Shown here: positions 59,134 through 64,000 of the stretch, piece by piece
Layout: each line of letters opens with the position of its first letter
Position numbering within the stretch: position 1 is the stretch's first letter
NCBI GenBank assembly: GCA_012735435.1
Contig: JAAYHH010000011.1
Span: 14,141 to 78,140 of the forward strand
Direction of reading: 5' to 3'
DNA length: 64,000 nt
Source of the DNA: Bacillota bacterium
GTDB lineage: Bacteria > Bacillota > Limnochordia > DTU087
Program-made: the position numbers and the translations under genes
The notes under the pieces: generated by a model
What the model was told of the DNA's origin: nothing
Seen by the model: only the letters and a program-made list of their open reading frames with translations
Databases searched by the model: none

Positions 59134-60847
59134 ACTCGGACTCCGCGATGGCTCTTGTGATTCGGTCTTGAACATGACTCACCACTTCATTCAATGAGAT
59201 CAAATACTCTTCACCGGTGGCCCGCCAGCGGATTTCAACTTGTCCATCCGCCAAGCCCCGGGGCCCGACGGTAATCCTAAGGGGAAATCCAATTAAGTCA
59301 GCATCCTTGAACTTCACACCTGGACGTTCATCTCTATCGTCGATAACCGCTTCTACTCCTGCTTTGGTAAGCTCCCGGTAAATCCTCTCCGCTGTGGTTC
59401 TCTGCTGTTCATCCCGATAACTAACCGGAACAATATCTACATGATAAGGTGCAACACTGATGGGCCAGCATATACCGTCATCATCATGGCACTGCTCGAT
59501 GATGGCTGCCATTGTCCGGCTGATTCCGATGCCGTAGCAGCCCATGATCAGCGGCCGCTCGACACCATCTTCGTCGGTAAATGTGGCACCCAACGGCTCG
59601 CTGTATTTGGTTCCCAATTTGAAAACCTGTCCAACCTCAATACCTCTAGCACCCTGCAGAACGCCCTTGCCGCATGGGCATGGGTCACCGGGCTGGGCCT
59701 TGCGGATATCGACAACTTTATCTGGTACAAAATCCCGTCCCGGCTTAACACCCTGGAGGTGAACATCTACTGCATTGCCGCCCGCGATGCCGCCTTCTAT
59801 GGCCATCACCGCCGGATCAGTGATAATCTTGCAGTGCTTTAAGCCTATGGGTCCGGCAAATCCCCGGGGAGCTCCAGTCACCTCTTCGATGGTCTTATCG
59901 TCGGCAAGCTCAACCTCGAGGCAGCCAATTGCCCTGGCCAGCTTGATTTCATTCACCTCATGGTCTCCCCGCAGTACTGCGGCTACCACTTGATCGCCGC
60001 CTCGATAGATCAAAGTTTTTATCATTTCGCTGGCAGGCCGGTTAAAGAACTTCTCCAAATCCTCAATGGTCCTGACATCTGGAGTTGCGACTTCAACCAA
60101 GGGTTCCTCTCGGCCTGTGGGTTCAGCAGGCGGCGTAAGGCATTCGGCCTTCTCAACATTCGCGGCATAATCGCAGCTTGAGCAGTAGACGATTTCCGCT
60201 TCGCCTGCATCGGCTAAAGCCATGAATTCGTGGGTCTGATCTCCGCCAATAGCGCCAGAATCGGCCTCAACCGGCCTGGTAGTAAGGCCGCAGCGGGCGA
60301 AAATTCGCTCATAGGCATGGAACATTGTCCAATAGCTCTTATCCAGACCCTCCTCATCCCGGTCAAAGGAGTAGAGGTCCTTCATAATGAACTCTCTTCC
60401 TCGCATGACTCCAAATCGGGGGCGAATTTCATCTCGGTATTTATTCTGGATCTGATATAACATTAGAGGCAGCTGCCTGTAGGAGCGTACCTCATTCCTG
60501 ACCAACGCAGTTGTGATTTCCTCATGGGTAGGACCTAAACAAAACTGCCGCTCATGGCGATCGATCAGTTTAAACATCTCTTCGCCGTAATCATCCCAGC
60601 GGCCTGTCTCATGCCACAATTCTGCAGGCTGGACAATAGGCAAGAGAACCTCCTGGCCTCCGGCAGCATCCATTTCTTCCCGCACGATCTGCATAATTTT
60701 CTGCAATACCCGGAATCCCAAAGGCAGATAGGAATAAATCCCAGCCGCGACCTTTCGCATCATCGCAGCCCTCAGCATTAATCGGTGGCTTGCGATTTCA
60801 GCTTCTGCAGGAACTTCCCGTAAAGTCGGCATCAACAGCTTCGACAT
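59117..60847 (-). CDS. proS: proline--tRNA ligase
   Basis: class II aaRS motifs; N-terminus LLMPTLREVPAEAEIASHRLMLRA typical of bacterial ProRS, with editing domain; start at MSKLLMP. Confidence 0.95.
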   Translation of the reverse strand: MSKLLMPTLREVPAEAEIASHRLMLRAAMMRKVAAGIYSYLPLGFRVLQKIMQIVREEMDAAGGQEVLLPIVQPAELWHETGRWDDYGEEMFKLIDRHERQFCLGPTHEEITTALVRNEVRSYRQLPLMLYQIQNKYRDEIRPRFGVMRGREFIMKDLYSFDRDEEGLDKSYWTMFHAYERIFARCGLTTRPVEADSGAIGGDQTHEFMALADAGEAEIVYCSSCDYAANVEKAECLTPPAEPTGREEPLVEVATPDVRTIEDLEKFFNRPASEMIKTLIYRGGDQVVAAVLRGDHEVNEIKLARAIGCLEVELADDKTIEEVTGAPRGFAGPIGLKHCKIITDPAVMAIEGGIAGGNAVDVHLQGVKPGRDFVPDKVVDIRKAQPGDPCPCGKGVLQGARGIEVGQVFKLGTKYSEPLGATFTDEDGVERPLIMGCYGIGISRTMAAIIEQCHDDDGICWPISVAPYHVDIVPVSYRDEQQRTTAERIYRELTKAGVEAVIDDRDERPGVKFKDADLIGFPLRITVGPRGLADGQVEIRWRATGEEYLISLNEVVSHVQDRITRAIAESECVRTQ

Positions 60848-60927
60848 TCTCAATTTCAACACCCCCGAAATCAAAACAATTGTAACAGACCGTCAGAATC
60901 CCTGTCAATATCGGGGAAACGGCCCAA

Positions 60928-62070
60928 TTACCGGTTGGAGCCCTTCATATCCTTGGCCAAGTCTTCTACGGCCTTAACCAGCACATCCACTGCATCTTCT
61001 GCCGGAAACTGTCCCATTAACTTCCCTTTTCGAAAAAGCACAACCTTATCCCTACCGCCGGCAATGCCGATATCCGCATCTTTGGCCTCACCGGGTCCAT
61101 TGACTACACAGCCCATCACCGCTACCTTGAGGGGCACCGTTAGGTTCTGGAGGCGGGATTCCACTTGCTTGGCAATCTTGATAAGGTTAATCTGACAGCG
61201 TCCGCAGGTGGGACAGGATACAATCTCAATCCCACGTTGCCGAAGGCCCAGGGACTGCAGAATACCGTATGCAACCTTCACTTCCTCCACCGGATCGCCG
61301 GTCAAGGAAACCCGGATGGTATCCCCAAGGCCCATGGCGAGAATAATACCGATTCCCACGGAAGACTTGATGGTCCCGTGGAAAGTTGTCCCTGCTTCAG
61401 TAATTCCCACATGGAGAGGGTACTCCACTCGACTGGCAATCAGTTGATACGCCTGGACAGTGGTGGCAACATCGGAGGCCTTCAAGGAAACGACGATATC
61501 GTAAAAAGATTCATTCTCCAGGATCTTGATGTGCTGCAGTGCGCTTTCCACCAAGGCCTCCGGCACCCGGCCCCCGTATTTATCCAAGAGGGGTTTAGCC
61601 AGAGAGCCGGCATTTACCCCGATGCGGATTGGTATATTTCGCTCTTTAGCGGCAGACACCACTGCTTCCACTCGCTCCCGGCTTCCTATATTGCCGGGGT
61701 TGATTCGCAGTTTGCTGACACCGGCCTCCACCGCCTGTAGTGCCAGCCTGTAGTCAAAATGAATATCAGCAACAAGGGGCAGGTCAGCCTCCCTGCAGAT
61801 CTTTGACAGCGCAGCCGCAGCCTCTTGATCGGGAACCGCAAGCCGCACCAGCTCGCAGCCTGCCTCTTTGAGGGAAGCGATCTGGGCTAGAGTGGCCTTA
61901 ACATCCCGAGTATCGGTGTTGGTCATGGATTGCACAGCTATAGGTGCACCGCCTCCAATTGGCACGTCTCTAACACGGACACATCGAGTGCTGCTGCGAA
62001 GGACAATATCCCCCTGGGAAGCGTTGAACTTAATTAAAGGCATCATTGCTTGATTCAGCTCGTCTTTCAA
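60928..62070 (-). CDS. ispG: 4-hydroxy-3-methylbut-2-en-1-yl diphosphate synthase (IspG/GcpE)
   Basis: TR.V.VG.VPIGGGAPIAVQSMTNT N-terminus; C-terminal 4Fe-4S motif SCPTCGRC; true start may be the internal Met (MMPLIK). Confidence 0.9.
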   Translation of the reverse strand: MKDELNQAMMPLIKFNASQGDIVLRSSTRCVRVRDVPIGGGAPIAVQSMTNTDTRDVKATLAQIASLKEAGCELVRLAVPDQEAAAALSKICREADLPLVADIHFDYRLALQAVEAGVSKLRINPGNIGSRERVEAVVSAAKERNIPIRIGVNAGSLAKPLLDKYGGRVPEALVESALQHIKILENESFYDIVVSLKASDVATTVQAYQLIASRVEYPLHVGITEAGTTFHGTIKSSVGIGIILAMGLGDTIRVSLTGDPVEEVKVAYGILQSLGLRQRGIEIVSCPTCGRCQINLIKIAKQVESRLQNLTVPLKVAVMGCVVNGPGEAKDADIGIAGGRDKVVLFRKGKLMGQFPAEDAVDVLVKAVEDLAKDMKGSNR

Positions 62071-62187
62071 CTGGTGCTACCCTCCCTTCCAGGAAGACTG
62101 GGGAAAGCCCCTGAAGTTAATGCAAAGCCTATTCAGAACATAGCTGTTCTACCGCTGTACTTTTTGCCGCTCTCCGCCGAGCCTGGA

Positions 62188-63240
62188 TCAAAGAATACTC
62201 AACCGGGCCAGGTCCTTATAGGTGGCAAAAAGCATTAACAAGAGCAGGAAAGCCAAGCCGATAAACTGTACCAGGCCCTTCTGCTCAGGCTCCAAGGGAC
62301 GGCCCCTCACTGCCTCCCAAAGGAGCATCACCAGCCAGCCGCCGTCTAAGACCGGAATGGGCAGGAAGTTGAATAATCCCAAGTTGATGCTGAGCACCGC
62401 TGCTATGAACAAAACAAACATTATGCCCCGGTTGGCAGATTCGCCCACTATCTGGAAAATTCCTATGGGACCGGCAATATCCGGTTCGATCCTTCCGGTG
62501 ATCATCCGCACAATGGAGATCACAATATCCCTGGATACGAAATAGGTTTGCCTAAGGCCGGTATAGAGTGACTCTCCCAGGGACTGCCTCGGTTTTTCCA
62601 CCATCCCCACGCCCAGCCGAGCCCGGTTAAGTTCCGGGTCTAGTTGCGGCGTAATTGTCAGATGCAGCGTTCTATCTTCCCTGACAATTGTAATGGGAAT
62701 CTCTTCATCGGGGTAGCGGGCAACTATTCTGTTGATTTCCCCGATGGAGGTGATTTTCTCTCCAGCTACCTCGGTAACCACATCACCGGGGAGCAGCCCA
62801 ATCTGGGCAGCCGGCGAACCAGGCTCAACTATTTGTACTGTTGGGGGGATGAAGACCAACCCCATGTACAGTGCAAAAAGGAGGACAGCCAGGATAAAGT
62901 TCATGATGGGTCCTGCAGCTATCACCGCCAGCCGCTGCCAAAGGCTCTTTTGATTGAAGCTTCCCTCATCTTCATCGGGGATTATCTCATCTTCATCCTC
63001 GGGGATATCCATACCCGCCAGCTTAACAAATCCGCCGAAGGGCAGGATCCGCAGACTGTAAACGGTATCTTGTCTTCGCCGCTTCCACACAGCAGGGCCA
63101 AAGCCCAGGGCAAATTCATAGACCTTTACTCCCACAGCCTTAGCAGCAAGAAAGTGTCCCAACTCATGGACAAATATCGTCGGACCCAAAACAAGCACAA
63201 AGGCTAAGAGCAGATTCAAGGCAACCATCCTTTCTGCCAA
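62188..63240 (-). CDS. rseP: RIP site-2 zinc metalloprotease RseP/RasP
   Basis: HELGHFLAAK HExxH motif, PDZ domain, LDGG motif (PIPVLDGGW). Confidence 0.9.
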   Translation of the reverse strand: MAERMVALNLLLAFVLVLGPTIFVHELGHFLAAKAVGVKVYEFALGFGPAVWKRRRQDTVYSLRILPFGGFVKLAGMDIPEDEDEIIPDEDEGSFNQKSLWQRLAVIAAGPIMNFILAVLLFALYMGLVFIPPTVQIVEPGSPAAQIGLLPGDVVTEVAGEKITSIGEINRIVARYPDEEIPITIVREDRTLHLTITPQLDPELNRARLGVGMVEKPRQSLGESLYTGLRQTYFVSRDIVISIVRMITGRIEPDIAGPIGIFQIVGESANRGIMFVLFIAAVLSINLGLFNFLPIPVLDGGWLVMLLWEAVRGRPLEPEQKGLVQFIGLAFLLLLMLFATYKDLARLSIL

Positions 63241-63252
63241 GTGCCGACCAGG

Positions 63253-64000
63253 CTAAACGCCCAGCATCCTAAACAGGTACTCGCGACCTTCAGCGTCTGC
63301 CTCCAGTATATCTTCAAGGTCGGGTTTCATTACCCCTTGGTGCTGTTCCAAAGCTGCTTCGATCAGACGGGGAATATCGGTAAAACCGATCCGCCCCTGC
63401 ATAAAGGCCTGCACCGCCACCTCGTTGGCAGCGTTTAACACTGTGGGAAAGGTACCTCCTGCAGCCAACGCTTCATAGGCCAAGGGGAGACAGGGAAATC
63501 GCTCAGCATCGGGAGCCTCAAAGTCTAGCCGGCCCACTTCGGTCAAGGAAAGTCTTTCCACCGGACTGCTCAGCCTCTCCGGGAATGTCAGAGCGTACTG
63601 GATAGGCAGCCGCATATCGGCAACTCCCAGCTGAGCTATGACGCTTCCGTCACTGAGCTCAACTAATGAATGGACGATGCTTTGGGGATGGATCACCACC
63701 TCAATGCGGTCCGGCGGCACTTGGAACAGCCAGTGGGCTTCAATGACCTCCAAACCCTTGTTCATGAGGGTGGCAGAATCGATGGTGATTTTCCCGCCCA
63801 TGTTCCAGGTGGGATGGGCCAGGGCTTCTTCAACGGTAACTCGCTCCAGCTCATCCTTGGTACTCTCTCGGAAAGGACCTCCGGAGGCAGTTAGAATTAC
63901 TTTATGCAAATCCCGGTCCCCTACACCCTGCAGGCACTGGAAGATGGCGCTGTGTTCGCTGTCGACTGGAAGGAGCCGAACATTGTGCTCTCTGACTGCA
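63253..64000 (-). CDS. dxr: 1-deoxy-D-xylulose 5-phosphate reductoisomerase (3' part; 5' end beyond window)
   Basis: [12 protein letters not shown]...[10 protein letters not shown] catalytic region continues in-frame to the window edge; C-terminal domain present. Confidence 0.85.
   Translation of the reverse strand, partial: AVREHNVRLLPVDSEHSAIFQCLQGVGDRDLHKVILTASGGPFRESTKDELERVTVEEALAHPTWNMGGKITIDSATLMNKGLEVIEAHWLFQVPPDRIEVVIHPQSIVHSLVELSDGSVIAQLGVADMRLPIQYALTFPERLSSPVERLSLTEVGRLDFEAPDAERFPCLPLAYEALAAGGTFPTVLNAANEVAVQAFMQGRIGFTDIPRLIEAALEQHQGVMKPDLEDILEADAEGREYLFRMLGV

Noticed and set aside
1-64000. CRISPR arrays, rRNA and tRNA genes
   Set aside because: No regularly spaced short direct repeats and no rRNA/tRNA-like conserved stretches were found on either strand. 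Intergenic spaces are short and accounted for by promoters and terminators.

Overview
This 64-kb window is a chromosomal core region of a high-GC (~55%), endospore-forming Firmicute. Almost every gene is on the minus strand. Gene order closely follows the Bacillus subtilis proS-polC-nusA-infB-pnp ... dacF-spoIIA ... mutSL-hfq-spoVK-lexA segment.

Genes I can support, from high to low coordinates:
- dxr (partial), rseP, ispG, proS, a GT2 glycosyltransferase, polC, rimP, nusA, ylxR, ylxQ, infB, rbfA, nrnA, truB, ribF, rpsO, pnp
- a DUF3866-like protein, an EndoQ-like nuclease (PHP domain, Zn-ribbon, HhH), a histidine phosphatase, spoIIM, deoB, pdp
- dacF-spoIIAA-spoIIAB-sigF, a GNAT acetyltransferase, and an alpha/beta-type SASP on the plus strand with a sigma-G-type promoter
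- an exbB-exbD-tonB-like operon co-oriented with a 677-aa secreted protein and an SLH-domain coiled-coil protein
- a pstCAB-phoU operon with no pstS, miaB, a PRC-barrel-like protein, mutS, mutL, miaA, hfq
- spoVK, apparently translationally coupled to a small GTPase and two membrane proteins; a DapL-type aminotransferase; a YnbB-like PLP enzyme; speH; a sigH-like sigma factor; a Zn-ribbon membrane protein; mgtC; surE; a TPR protein
- a divergent LysM(YneA-like)/lexA pair with Cheo-type SOS boxes, and a tyrosine recombinase at the left end

No rRNA, tRNA or CRISPR array was seen.

Observations that most deserve a second look:
- The PolC at the conserved locus has no 3'-5' exonuclease domain.
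- A TonB/ExbBD-like energizer sits in an operon with surface proteins in a sporeformer.
- spoVK is linked to a GTPase and membrane proteins.
- A TTG-initiated EndoQ-like nuclease sits next to a DUF3866 gene.
- An SOS-linked recombinase with an AT-rich segment follows the yneA-like gene.
- An isolated small gene has a consensus promoter and a terminator.
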